NCBI GenBank assembly: GCA_036676495.1
Contig: JAKFCT010000014.1
Coordinates: 101,893 to 165,892, forward strand
From: Candidatus Sericytochromatia bacterium
Lineage (GTDB): Bacteria; Cyanobacteriota; Sericytochromatia; S15B-MN24; UBA4093
DNA: 64,000 bases
Direction of reading: 5' to 3'
A program made the position numbers and the translations under genes. The notes under the pieces are model-generated. The model did not search any database. It worked only from the letters and a program-made list of their open reading frames with translations, and was not told where the DNA came from. Below, in pieces: positions 30,720 to 42,877 of this stretch (within the stretch, counting starts at the first letter, position 1; every line of letters starts with the position of its first letter).

Positions 30720-31226
30720 ATGTTGATTGATGCCGACGAGTTGCGCCAGTTGATCCGGGGGCGCATCCAGAACCTCGAGACCATCGGATCCGAGATCTCG
30801 AACCACCTCGACCTGATTGACCGCGCGGCGCGCGGTCTGCCCGTCGACCGCGAGCAGGTTCTTCACGCGACGGGCCTGATCCTCGACAACCTCTACCGCG
30901 GCCTGCTGAGCCCGCGCATGACCGTCCCCAAGGATTTCTGGTTCTCGGCGCTGGGCCTCGCCATCGCCCGCGCGCATGCCCATGTCATCCGCGACGACGA
31001 AGTCATGAGCCAGGCAGATGCCGCCCATGCCCTGGGCGTCTCGCGGGAGTACATCTCCCAGCTGGTGGAATCCGGCAAGGTCGCCACCGTGGTCCGGGAG
31101 GCCGCCGCCCCCCGCTCCCGGAAACAGCCCCGGGAAATGCTCTACCGCAGCAGCGTCGAGCGGCTCCGGAGCGCGGAGCGATCGCCCAGACGACAGAAAG
31201 AGGTGGCGCTTGAAGGTCGTCCATAG
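30720..31226 (+). CDS. HTH protein (C-terminal excisionase/MerR-like HTH, unrecognised N-terminal domain)
   Basis: MSQADAAHALGVSREYISQLVESGKV...LYRSSVERL. Confidence 0.8.
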   Translation: MLIDADELRQLIRGRIQNLETIGSEISNHLDLIDRAARGLPVDREQVLHATGLILDNLYRGLLSPRMTVPKDFWFSALGLAIARAHAHVIRDDEVMSQADAAHALGVSREYISQLVESGKVATVVREAAAPRSRKQPREMLYRSSVERLRSAERSPRRQKEVALEGRP

Positions 31227-32226
31227 CCCCACCCACCTGATTCACAACCCGCGCTGGGAGTTCACCCGGGGACGCCGCATCTTCAGCAAGGACATCCCCT
31301 CCCGCGCCACCATCATCCGAGAGGCCCTGCTCGCCTCGGACATGGCCGTCACGATCGTTTCCCCCGACCCCCATCCCCTCTCCCGGATCGAAGCGCTTCA
31401 CGGCTTCGTCGGTTTCCTGCGCGATGCCGCCGCCACCCTCGACGACGACGCGCTCATCTATCCCGACGTCTTCCCGGTCCGCCGCAAGGTCAACCGCCCC
31501 GAGCACCAGCCCGCGCTCGCCGGCTATTACTGTTTCGACACCGGCACTCCCATCACCCGGCATACCTTCGAGGCCGCCAAGAGCTCGGCCGATTGCGCCC
31601 TCACCGCCGCCTCGCTGCTGCCCGAGGAAGGGGTGATCTATGCCCTCTGCCGTCCTCCCGGGCACCATGCCGAGCGCGAGGTCTTCGGAGGCTACTGCTA
31701 CTTCAACAACCCGGCCCTGGCGGCCAACCTCCTCGCCGAGCACGGCCGCGTCGCCGTTCTCGACATCGACTACCACCACGGAAACGGGACCCAGGACATC
31801 TTCTACTCCTCGTCCCGCGTCCTGACGATCTCCCTCCACGGCGACCCGGCCGTCACGTACCCCTATTTCTCCGGGTTCGCCGACGAGCGGGGCGAAGGGG
31901 AAGGCCTCGGCTACAACCTGAACCTCCCGCTGCCTCCCGGCACGCACCCCACCCTCTACCTCGCCGCCCTGGACGAGGCGCTCAGCGCCATCAAACGCTT
32001 CGATCCCCAGTACCTGGTCGTCGCGGCCGGGTTCGACACCTGCCGGGGAGACCCGGCGGGCAGCTTCGATCTCTCCACCCGCCACTACCCGGTGATCGCC
32101 TCGCGCATCGCGGGGCTGGGCATCCCCAGCCTCATCGTCCAGGAGGGGGGCTACCGCACGCAGACCCTCGGCAAGAACGCGGTGGCCTTCCTTCGTGCAT
32201 TCAGAAAGGAGCTCACGGATGATTAA
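31210..32226 (+). CDS. Histone deacetylase family / acetylpolyamine amidohydrolase-like enzyme
   Basis: RPPGHHA, GGYCYFNN, LDIDYHHGNGTQ, SLHG, AGFD, QEGGY all intact; TTG start at 31210 with GAGG RBS. Confidence 0.92.
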   Translation: MKVVHSPTHLIHNPRWEFTRGRRIFSKDIPSRATIIREALLASDMAVTIVSPDPHPLSRIEALHGFVGFLRDAAATLDDDALIYPDVFPVRRKVNRPEHQPALAGYYCFDTGTPITRHTFEAAKSSADCALTAASLLPEEGVIYALCRPPGHHAEREVFGGYCYFNNPALAANLLAEHGRVAVLDIDYHHGNGTQDIFYSSSRVLTISLHGDPAVTYPYFSGFADERGEGEGLGYNLNLPLPPGTHPTLYLAALDEALSAIKRFDPQYLVVAAGFDTCRGDPAGSFDLSTRHYPVIASRIAGLGIPSLIVQEGGYRTQTLGKNAVAFLRAFRKELTDD

Positions 32227-33280
32227 AGACCCGATCTCCCCGTTCGAGACGCCCTCGGAGGCGCTCGACGTCGACGGATCCTCGGATCTCCGCGCTGACG
32301 TTCCCCTGGACGCGTCCCCTCAGGACGAGATCCCCCAGGACGTCGCTCCCGCCTCCTCAGAGCCCTCGAACAAGGAAATGGGCGTCATCGACCTCACGCT
32401 CGACAAGGGCGTGGATATCCGCGCCTACGGCAAGGTCTATGCCCTGGATTACAGCATCCGGGAGGAGGGCTGCGAGATCGATCTCACCATCGACTACTAC
32501 AACCGCCGCCTCAAGGTGCTCAACTTCGAAGGCGATCTCCCCGACATCTGCCGCCGACTCGATTACCTCGCCAACAAGAACCAGTTTGATAAGATCTTCA
32601 TCAAGGCCACGGCCCAGGACTGGCAAGGCTTTCTGGCGCATGGCTACATGCTCGAGGGCATCATCCTTCACTACTTCAACGGCGAGAACGCTTACGTCGT
32701 GAGCCGCTTCCTGAGCCGCGACCGGATCACCAGCCCGACCCTCCTCGAAGAGTCCGCGCTGATCCAGGAGTTGATGCACCAGCCCCGCAAGAACCGCCCG
32801 CTGGACCTTCCCGAAGGCTACACCCTGACTCTGGCCACCGAGGACGACATCCCGGGGCTGGTCATCCTCTACAGCCATGTCTTCGAGTCCTACCCCTCGC
32901 CCCTGACCATGCCGGATTTCCTGCTCTCCACCATGCGGCGCAACCTCGTCTACGCGGTGATCAAGGACGGTGACGGCAACATCGTGAGCGCCGCCTCCGC
33001 CGATCTCGACACCAAGCATCGCAACGCGGAGATGACCGACTGCGCCACCTTCCCGTCCGAGCGCGGCAAGGGCCTCATGCGGATTCTGCTGGTCCGCCTC
33101 GAGGACGAGCTCCGGCGCCGGGGCATCCGCTGCGCCTACACGCTCGCGAGGGCCACCGCCCCGGGCATGAACAAGGTCTTCTACGACCTCACCTACGAGT
33201 ACTGCGGCAGGCTCATCAACAACTGCGACATCTCGGGCGGCTTCGAGGACATCAACATCTGGTCCAAGCGTCTCGCCTGA
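32219..33280 (+). CDS. Putative beta-lysine N-acetyltransferase (AblB/YodP-like GNAT)
   Basis: DYYNRRLKV, KIFIK, VFESYPSPL, NAEMTDCATFPSERGKGLM, YTLARA..PGMN, GRLINNCDISGGFEDINIW. Confidence 0.85.
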   Translation: MIKDPISPFETPSEALDVDGSSDLRADVPLDASPQDEIPQDVAPASSEPSNKEMGVIDLTLDKGVDIRAYGKVYALDYSIREEGCEIDLTIDYYNRRLKVLNFEGDLPDICRRLDYLANKNQFDKIFIKATAQDWQGFLAHGYMLEGIILHYFNGENAYVVSRFLSRDRITSPTLLEESALIQELMHQPRKNRPLDLPEGYTLTLATEDDIPGLVILYSHVFESYPSPLTMPDFLLSTMRRNLVYAVIKDGDGNIVSAASADLDTKHRNAEMTDCATFPSERGKGLMRILLVRLEDELRRRGIRCAYTLARATAPGMNKVFYDLTYEYCGRLINNCDISGGFEDINIWSKRLA

Positions 33281-33355
33281 GACCCGCGATTCAAAGCCCG
33301 TCGTTTCTACAGGTCAGCTACGCTGCCTTTCGAAACAGCCGCGGGCGCTCGTGCC

Positions 33356-34801
33356 TTAGCTACCGACCACGTAAACGGGATCGGCCTCGAGATCCAGGCT
33401 CAGCGATCCCTGCGCGAAACTGGCGCTCTTGGGCTTGCCCAGCTTGTCCAGGACCTGTCCCGAACCGAGGGGAAGCGACAGCGAGGTCTTGGCGCCCGTG
33501 GACCAGAGCACGTAGAGGGGCTTTCCGTCAGCACGCTTGAAACGGTAGCCCTGCACGTCGCCGCGGGTCAGGTCCGCCTCGAAGCGGGCTCCGGTGAGCT
33601 GCCCCGTCGCGATCTGATAGGCGTGGTAGCCCCGGGTCTTCTTCGAGAGGGTCGCCTGATCGATCAGGCCCATGTTGCGGTGCCCGGGATTGGTGAAGAC
33701 CGCCCATTGCACGGCCTCGACGTCCCCCTGGGCGATCGCCGCCGCGAAGAGCTTCGGCACGTAACGCGCCTGCTCCTCCGCGTTGTCGGAGGTGAAGCCC
33801 GTCTCCGAACATGCGAACGTCTTCCCGGAGATGCCGTGTTTCGTCAGGGTTTCCTTCATCGCCCGGTAGCGGCCCAGAAAACCCCAGTCCGAATTGAGCA
33901 CGCCGTTCGAGCTGCTCGCATCCGACCCGTAGGCGTGGAAGTCCACGACGTCGAAGTAGCGGGCGCCGCCATGCGCCAGGATGGCCTCCAGATACCCCTC
34001 GTAGCCCAGACCGCCGAGGGTGATCTTGGCCTGCGGGTCGATGCCCTTGACGATGGTGTGACCGACCTGCAAGAGCCTCACGTAGTCCTGGACCGAGCCC
34101 GTCCAGTAGCGCTGGCGGCCGTCCGAGGTCTTGGCTCCGGCCTGGAGGTCTCCGGAGGGGTAATCCGGCTCGTTCCAGATCTGCCAGTACTGGATCTTGC
34201 CCCGGTAGCGGGTCGCCATGTCGAAGAGGTAATCGGCGAAGTAGTTGTCGGGGTTGCTTTTGACGCCGGGCTTGTAGACGTCCGTCCCGTCGGAGAAGAT
34301 GGGAAGCTTCAGGCCTGCCGGGACCGTGTACTTGCCCGGAGAGTTGGCATCGAAGCCCGTCTTGGAGGCATACTTGGGATCCGACGAGGCCCAGTCGGGA
34401 GTGTCCGTGACCATGGCCTGGACTTTGACGCCCATCTGCGCGAAGCGCTCGGCCTTCTTGTCGAAGTAATCCATCCACTTGACGTTCTGGTGCTTGGAGA
34501 CCTCGACGTACTTCCAGTTCCAGCCCTCGCGCAGGGTGCTCATCCCGAGGTCGCGCATCAGGGCATAGCCGGCTTCGTGGGTGTCGTCCTTGCCCCGGGG
34601 CACGCTCTGGTTTCCGAAGCGCGTCATCAGGGCGGGATCGTCGACACGCCCACCTCCGTCGAGGTTCGGGATGCCGCTGGGGGTGATGCGGGGGACGTTT
34701 CCTGCAGGATCGGCGGCGAACGGGGCGGTTCCGCATGCCGGGATGGCGATCGCCCCGGTCAGGATCAGCAGCATGCGTCGAAAGTGTTTCATGGTGGTCA
34801 T
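33356..34801 (-). CDS. Clan GH-A glycoside hydrolase lipoprotein (GH39/GH5-like)
   Basis: Signal ending IPA-C, WQIWNEPD acid/base, DVVDFHAY, SETG nucleophile. Confidence 0.75.
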   Translation of the reverse strand: MTTMKHFRRMLLILTGAIAIPACGTAPFAADPAGNVPRITPSGIPNLDGGGRVDDPALMTRFGNQSVPRGKDDTHEAGYALMRDLGMSTLREGWNWKYVEVSKHQNVKWMDYFDKKAERFAQMGVKVQAMVTDTPDWASSDPKYASKTGFDANSPGKYTVPAGLKLPIFSDGTDVYKPGVKSNPDNYFADYLFDMATRYRGKIQYWQIWNEPDYPSGDLQAGAKTSDGRQRYWTGSVQDYVRLLQVGHTIVKGIDPQAKITLGGLGYEGYLEAILAHGGARYFDVVDFHAYGSDASSSNGVLNSDWGFLGRYRAMKETLTKHGISGKTFACSETGFTSDNAEEQARYVPKLFAAAIAQGDVEAVQWAVFTNPGHRNMGLIDQATLSKKTRGYHAYQIATGQLTGARFEADLTRGDVQGYRFKRADGKPLYVLWSTGAKTSLSLPLGSGQVLDKLGKPKSASFAQGSLSLDLEADPVYVVGS

Positions 34802-34878
34802 CAGCATTCCTCCGAGCTTTTGGTACCCGGATCACCCGCGAAACTGAACCCCAACTCACCCGCTTGCGCCCATGCGAA

Positions 34879-34909
34879 ACGGCCGGATCCCCAGTGGGGA
34901 TCCGGCCGT
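34879..34909 (-). terminator. Intrinsic terminator after lpdA
   Basis: ACGGCCGGATCCCCA-G-TGGGGATCCGGCCGT, short T tract on the minus strand. Confidence 0.7.
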
Positions 34910-34924
34910 CCGCGATTTGAACTT

Positions 34925-36331
34925 TTACGCGTGGATGGCGCGCTTGTCGACGGCGAGTGCCGCTTCCTTGAGCACCTCGGAGAGCGTCGGGTGCGCGTGC
35001 ATCGTCCGGGCGAGATCCTCGGCGGATCCCCCGAACTCCATCACGGCGACGGCCTCGGCCAGGATCTCCGAGACGTTGGGCCCGATCATGTGGACGCCCA
35101 GGATCCGGTCGGTCTTGGCATCGGCCAGGACCTTGATGAAGCCGCGGGTGTCGTTATGCCCCATCGCGCGACCGTTGGCCGCGAACGGGAAGCGGCCCGC
35201 CCGGTAATCCACGCCTTCGGCCTTGAGCGCCTTCTCGGTCTTGCCGACCCAGGCGATCTCGGGCGACGTGTAGATGACCCAGGGGATGGTCTCGTAGTTC
35301 ACGTGACCGGCCTGGCCGGCCAGGATCTCGGCGACCGCGATGCCCTCGTCTTCCGCCTTGTGAGCGAGCATGGCGCCGCCAATGACGTCGCCGACCGCCC
35401 AGACTCCGGGCAGGTTGGTCCGGTAGTGATCGGTCACGATGAAGCCGCGGGCGTCGAGCGCAAGACCCACCGCTTCGGCTCCGAGGCCATTGGTGTTGGG
35501 CACCCGGCCGACGGAGACGATCAGCTTGTCGACCTCGAGGGTCTTGGCCTCGCCGCCTTCCTGGTAGCGGATGACGACGCCGGATCCGGAAGCGTCGACG
35601 CTTTCGATATTGACGCCCATGTGGAAGTCCAGGCCCTGGGCCTTGAACTGCTTGAGGGCTTCCTTGGCGACCAGCTCGTCGGCAGCCGCCAGGAACTCGG
35701 GCATCGCCTCGAGGACGGTGACCTTGGCGCCCAGCCGCCGCCAGACGCTGCCGAGCTCCAGGCCGATGACGCCGGCACCGATCACGCCGAGGCGCTCGGG
35801 GACGGCCTGCATGTCGAGGGCTCCGACGTTGTCCAGGATCTTCTGGTTGTCCACGGCCGCGAAAGGCAGCTGACGGGGCGAAGAACCGGTGGCCAGGATG
35901 ACGTTCTTGGCGCCGATCTCGGTGTCTCCGGCCTTCACGATCCAGGTCTCGCCCTCCTGGCGCACGAGCGTGCCGCGGCCATGGATGGGGGTGACGCCGT
36001 TCTTCTTGAAGAGCATGTTGATGCCGCCGGTGAGCTTGGAGACGACCTGGTCCTTGCGGGCGATCATCTTCGCGACGTCCAGCTTGACGCCCTCCACGGA
36101 GATGCCGTGGATGTCGAGCTCATGGAGCTTCTCGTAGTTCTCCGACGAGTCGAGAAGGGCCTTGGAGGGGATGCAGCCCACGTTCAGGCAGGTGCCTCCG
36201 AGGCTGAGCTTTCCGTCCTTACCGGTCATTTCGTCGATGCAGGCGGTCTTGAAGCCGAGCTGGGCGCTGCGGATGGCGGCCACGTAGCCTCCGGGCCCCC
36301 CACCGATGACGACGACGTCAAATACTTGCAT
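34925..36331 (-). CDS. lpdA: Dihydrolipoyl dehydrogenase (E3)
   Basis: [28 protein letters not shown]. Confidence 0.97.
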   Translation of the reverse strand: MQVFDVVVIGGGPGGYVAAIRSAQLGFKTACIDEMTGKDGKLSLGGTCLNVGCIPSKALLDSSENYEKLHELDIHGISVEGVKLDVAKMIARKDQVVSKLTGGINMLFKKNGVTPIHGRGTLVRQEGETWIVKAGDTEIGAKNVILATGSSPRQLPFAAVDNQKILDNVGALDMQAVPERLGVIGAGVIGLELGSVWRRLGAKVTVLEAMPEFLAAADELVAKEALKQFKAQGLDFHMGVNIESVDASGSGVVIRYQEGGEAKTLEVDKLIVSVGRVPNTNGLGAEAVGLALDARGFIVTDHYRTNLPGVWAVGDVIGGAMLAHKAEDEGIAVAEILAGQAGHVNYETIPWVIYTSPEIAWVGKTEKALKAEGVDYRAGRFPFAANGRAMGHNDTRGFIKVLADAKTDRILGVHMIGPNVSEILAEAVAVMEFGGSAEDLARTMHAHPTLSEVLKEAALAVDKRAIHA

Positions 36332-36432
36332 GAATACCTCTTGATTCCGTATCGGGGTCGCTTGAGTCGAAAATTGAAGGAAAAGGCAGTAGGCCTCGCG
36401 GTCTCCGGGTGGAAGCCGCGAGGCCTAGACGC

Positions 36433-37638
<1,206 letters not shown>

Positions 37639-37683
37639 GGGTTCTCCTTAGAATACGCTGCAATCTGAATTCGGATTCACCGG

Positions 37684-40470
37684 TTAGGACCGGCCCAGAG
37701 CCTTGTTGATGATGTCATCCTGCTGCTTGGCGTGCTTGGACGCGTAGCCGACGGCCGGCGAGGACGAGCGCGGACGGCTCGCGTAGTCCAGCGTCTGCCC
37801 CTCGCTCACGCAAGCCTGCAGGCTGTCCCGGATCCAGAGCCAGGCGCCGTTGTTCTGCGGCTCTTCCTGGGCCCAGATCACCTGGGCGTTGGGATACTTC
37901 GCCAGCTCCGCGCGGATCTCCTCCTCGGGGAACGGGTAGAGCTGCTCGACGCGGATCAGCGCGACGTTGGTGAGACCGGCCTTCTCGCGGGCTTCCGCCA
38001 GCTCGAAGTAGAGCTTGCCGCTCACGAGCACCACCCGATCGATGCCCGTGGCGGGGCGCGATTCCGGGATCACCAGCTGGAAGGTGCCGTTCGCCAGCTC
38101 TTCGAGGCTCGAGGTCGAGTTCTTGTGACGCAGGAGGCTCTTGGGGCTCATGATGATGAGCGGCTTGCGGAAGTCCCGCAGCATCTGCCGCCGCAGCATG
38201 TGGAACATCTGGGCCGGGGTGCTGGGCACGCAGACCTGCATGTTCTGCTGGGCGCAGAGGCTGAGGTAACGCTCCAGGCGGGCCGAGGAGTGCTCGGGGC
38301 CCTGGCCCTCGTAGCCGTGGGGAAGCATCATCACGAGGCCCGAGAGACGCTGCCACTTGGCTTCGGTCGAGCTGATGAACTGGTCGATGATGGGCTGGGC
38401 CATGTTGGCGAAGTCGCCGTACTGGGCCTCCCAGATGTCCAGGGTATTGGGCTCCGCCAGCGAGTAGCCGTACTCGTAGCCCAGGACCGCGAGCTCGGAG
38501 AGCGTCGAGTCGTAGACATCGAAGCGGGCCTGGTCCGGCGCGAGGTGACGCAGCGGGATGTAGCTGCGGACGGCGGCTTCGGGGTTCTGGTTATGCATCT
38601 GGGCATGGCGATGGAAGAAGGTGCCGCGCCCCGAGTCCTGACCGACCAGCCGGACCCCGTAGCCCTGGGTGACCAGGGTCGCGTAAGCCAGGTTCTCGGC
38701 CATGCCCCAGTCGAGCGCATGCGTGCCTGCGGTCATCTCCTTGCGGGAGTTGAGGATGGCGCCCACGCGCTTGTGCGGCTCGAAGCCCTCGGGAAGCGCG
38801 GTGAGGCGTTCACCCAGCTCCTTGAGACGGGCCACCGGCACGCCGGTGTCGACGGGAGCGCGCCAGTCGGTGGTGCTGCGGACGTACTTCGCCCAGCCGC
38901 TGGCATGGGGCGAGGAGGTGTCCGTCTCGACGGGCTCGGCGACCCGTTCGCCCGCATCGAGGGCGTCCCGGTACTCATCGACCAGCTTCTGGGCCTCGGC
39001 GGCCGTGACGACGCCTTCGCGCTCCAGGGCCTCGACGTAGAGGCCGCGGGTGCCGGGGTGCATGTCGATGAGACGGTACATCATCGGCTGCGTGGCGCGC
39101 GGCTCGTCGGACTCGTTGTGGCCATGGCGGCGGAAGCAGACCAGGTCGATGAAGACGTCCTTGTGGAAGGCCATCCGGTAGTCCATGGCCAGCTGCATCG
39201 CGAAGACCGACGCCTCGGGGTCGTCCCCGTTGACGTGGAAGACCGGAGCGTCGACGAACTTGGCGATGTCCGTGCAGTAGCGGCTGGAGCGGGCATCCTG
39301 GGGGTTCGAGATGCTGAAGCCCACCTGGTTGTTGATGACCAGGTGAACCGTCCCGCCGGTGGCGAAACCGCGCAGCTGCGAGAGGTTGAGGGTCTCGGCC
39401 ACGACGCCCTGGCCGCCGACGGCGGCGTCCCCGTGGATCACGACGGGCATGACCAGGTCGCGGGTCTCGTCGTGATGGCGATCCTGACGGGCCCGGACCG
39501 AGCCCTCGACGACCGGGGCGATGATCTCGAGGTGAGAGGGGTTGAAGGCCAGCGCCAGGTGGACCGGGCCGCCTTCGGTCGGCATATCCGAGGAGAAGCC
39601 GAGGTGGTACTTCACGTCGCCGGAGATGTCGCCGGGAAGGACGTTCTTGCCCTCGAACTCGTTGAAGAGGTCGCGGGGCTTCTTGCCCATGATGTTGATG
39701 AGGACGTTGAGGCGGCCGCGGTGGGCCATGCCGAAGACGATTTCCTTGACGCCCTGCTTGCCGGCGCGGCGGATCAACTGATCCAGCATGGGGATCACGG
39801 AATCGCCGCCCTCCAGCGAGAAGCGCTTCTGACCGACGTAACGCTTGTGAAGATAGCGCTCGAGGCCTTCGGCCGCATTGAGCTTGTTGAGGATCTGGCG
39901 TTTGGTGGCGGCGTCGTAGGTCGCCCGCCCCTTCACCGATTCGATGCGCTGCTGCAACCACTCGCGCTCGACCCGGGGGAGGTAAGTGTACTCGAACCCG
40001 ATGGAACGGCAGTAGGTTTCCTCGAGGGTCTCCAGGATCTGCTTCACGCTGCCGCTCAAGGCACCATCGCTCGCCGGGCTCGCCAGGTCCGCATCGGTCA
40101 GGCCGTAGTACTGGGGCTCCAGCTCGGCGATCCGGGCTTCGGGGCGTCCCAGCGGATTGAACTGGGCCTTCAGGTGGCCCATCGAGCGATAGGCATTAAA
40201 CAGGGCGACCACGCCCGCCCGGGCATAGGACGGGGGCTCGGCAGCGACCACGCGACGGCGGCCGTTCTGGGCCAGCTCGGCGAACGCGCGCTGGACCGTC
40301 GAGTGCACCGGCTCAGGCCCGCGGGCCGAGCCCCGGACCCCTTCGAAGTACGCCCTCCACTCGGGCGAAACGGAGAGGGGATCCGTCAGGAAATCCTCGT
40401 AGAGGGCTTCGACGAAACTTGCGTTTCCTCCGTACATGACGGTGGGATCAGCGGTAATCTTCAGGTCCAT
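37684..40470 (-). CDS. sucA: 2-oxoglutarate dehydrogenase E1
   Basis: GQKRFSLEG, GMAHRGRLN, GDVKYHLG, HGDAA, LPHGYEGQGPEHSSARLER. Confidence 0.97.
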   Translation of the reverse strand: MDLKITADPTVMYGGNASFVEALYEDFLTDPLSVSPEWRAYFEGVRGSARGPEPVHSTVQRAFAELAQNGRRRVVAAEPPSYARAGVVALFNAYRSMGHLKAQFNPLGRPEARIAELEPQYYGLTDADLASPASDGALSGSVKQILETLEETYCRSIGFEYTYLPRVEREWLQQRIESVKGRATYDAATKRQILNKLNAAEGLERYLHKRYVGQKRFSLEGGDSVIPMLDQLIRRAGKQGVKEIVFGMAHRGRLNVLINIMGKKPRDLFNEFEGKNVLPGDISGDVKYHLGFSSDMPTEGGPVHLALAFNPSHLEIIAPVVEGSVRARQDRHHDETRDLVMPVVIHGDAAVGGQGVVAETLNLSQLRGFATGGTVHLVINNQVGFSISNPQDARSSRYCTDIAKFVDAPVFHVNGDDPEASVFAMQLAMDYRMAFHKDVFIDLVCFRRHGHNESDEPRATQPMMYRLIDMHPGTRGLYVEALEREGVVTAAEAQKLVDEYRDALDAGERVAEPVETDTSSPHASGWAKYVRSTTDWRAPVDTGVPVARLKELGERLTALPEGFEPHKRVGAILNSRKEMTAGTHALDWGMAENLAYATLVTQGYGVRLVGQDSGRGTFFHRHAQMHNQNPEAAVRSYIPLRHLAPDQARFDVYDSTLSELAVLGYEYGYSLAEPNTLDIWEAQYGDFANMAQPIIDQFISSTEAKWQRLSGLVMMLPHGYEGQGPEHSSARLERYLSLCAQQNMQVCVPSTPAQMFHMLRRQMLRDFRKPLIIMSPKSLLRHKNSTSSLEELANGTFQLVIPESRPATGIDRVVLVSGKLYFELAEAREKAGLTNVALIRVEQLYPFPEEEIRAELAKYPNAQVIWAQEEPQNNGAWLWIRDSLQACVSEGQTLDYASRPRSSSPAVGYASKHAKQQDDIINKALGRS

Positions 40471-40807
40471 CGTCTCTTCTCATTCAAGGTGGGGGCGGGA
40501 ATCCAGTGTGGAAGCAGGTTAGACCCTCGTACGGCTGCCCCCATGGGCGCCAAGTCGCGAGAGCGGGCAAGAATTCAAGCGGTTAAAACCATCAGTGTAC
40601 TCCATCCTGCCGAAAATCTCACCCCGAAAAGGCAGGAATCGCGGCAATCCGTCCCAGGATCCGCCGCGCGGTCCCCTCGACCCGGCCGAAATCGTTAGGA
40701 AACGGACCTCCCCGATGTCCCTCCATCCTACGCCGCAGGCGGAAATCAAGAAAATGAATCGTTTGAATCAGATGTATTCGGGGGATGAATCCTACGGAGG
40801 AAAGGCG

Positions 40808-41731
40808 ATGACCACCGATCAACTCGAACTCGGCCCCCTGGAGATGCTCGTGGCGATCGCCACCTACGGGACCGTCACCGAGGCCGCCCGCCGGCTGCAC
40901 CTCAGTCAGCCCGCGGCCACCCATCAGATCCACCACCTCGAACGCAGCCTCGGCCATGCGCTCTTCGAGCGCCGCGGACGGCGCCTCGAGCTGACCGAGG
41001 CCGGACACCTGGCCGTCGCCCGGGCCCGCCGGATCCTCGGCGAAGTGGAAGGCCTGCGCGCCGACCTGCGCGCCTTCGAGACCCTCGAGACCGGCGAGGT
41101 CCGCCTCGGAGGAGGCGCCACCGCCACCGTTCACCTCCTGCCGCGCCTGATTGCCGACTTCCGCGGCCGCTACCCCGGAGTCAGCTTCTACCTGCGCGAA
41201 GGCACCGCTCGAAACACGCTGTTGGCGATCGCCAACGGTGAGCTGGACCTCGGCATCGTCACCCTGCCCTCGCAGCGCCCCGGCCTGATCGTCGAGCCCT
41301 GGCTCGAAGATGCCATCGTCTTCGTCGCCTGGCCCGGAGCCCCGCTGGCCGGAAAGCCGTTCCCCAAGGAAGGCCTGAACGGGGTGCCGTTCATTCATTC
41401 CGGCCCCGACACTCCCCTGCGAAGCCTGGTCGAAGCCGGCCTCTCCAACGCCGGCCTCAACCCGCGCGTCGTCATGGAGCTCGAAAGCGTCGAGGCCATC
41501 AAGACCCACGTCGCCGAAGGCCTGGGCTACTCGGCCCTGGGCATCCGAGCGGTCGAACGCGAGCTCAACGAAGGGCGCCTCGTCCGCGTGCAACCCGAGG
41601 GCCTCTCCCTGACGCGCTGCCTCGCGCTGGTCTACCGGGAGAACATGGCCTTCTCTCCGGCCGTTCGCGCGTTCCTCGACGAGCTCCGCGCCAAGCACGA
41701 GCCCCTGCGCCGTCCCGTCCTCGCGCCGTGA
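40808..41731 (+). CDS. LysR family transcriptional regulator
   Basis: TVTEAARRLHLSQPAATHQIHHLERSLG HTH plus substrate-binding domain; GGAGG RBS. Confidence 0.92.
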   Translation: MTTDQLELGPLEMLVAIATYGTVTEAARRLHLSQPAATHQIHHLERSLGHALFERRGRRLELTEAGHLAVARARRILGEVEGLRADLRAFETLETGEVRLGGGATATVHLLPRLIADFRGRYPGVSFYLREGTARNTLLAIANGELDLGIVTLPSQRPGLIVEPWLEDAIVFVAWPGAPLAGKPFPKEGLNGVPFIHSGPDTPLRSLVEAGLSNAGLNPRVVMELESVEAIKTHVAEGLGYSALGIRAVERELNEGRLVRVQPEGLSLTRCLALVYRENMAFSPAVRAFLDELRAKHEPLRRPVLAP

Positions 41732-42868
<1,137 letters not shown>

Positions 42869-42877
42869 CCGCACGCC

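Noticed and set aside
30720-31226. Excisionase indicating a prophage or ICE
   Set aside because: No integrase, att site or phage genes; it is coupled to metabolic genes
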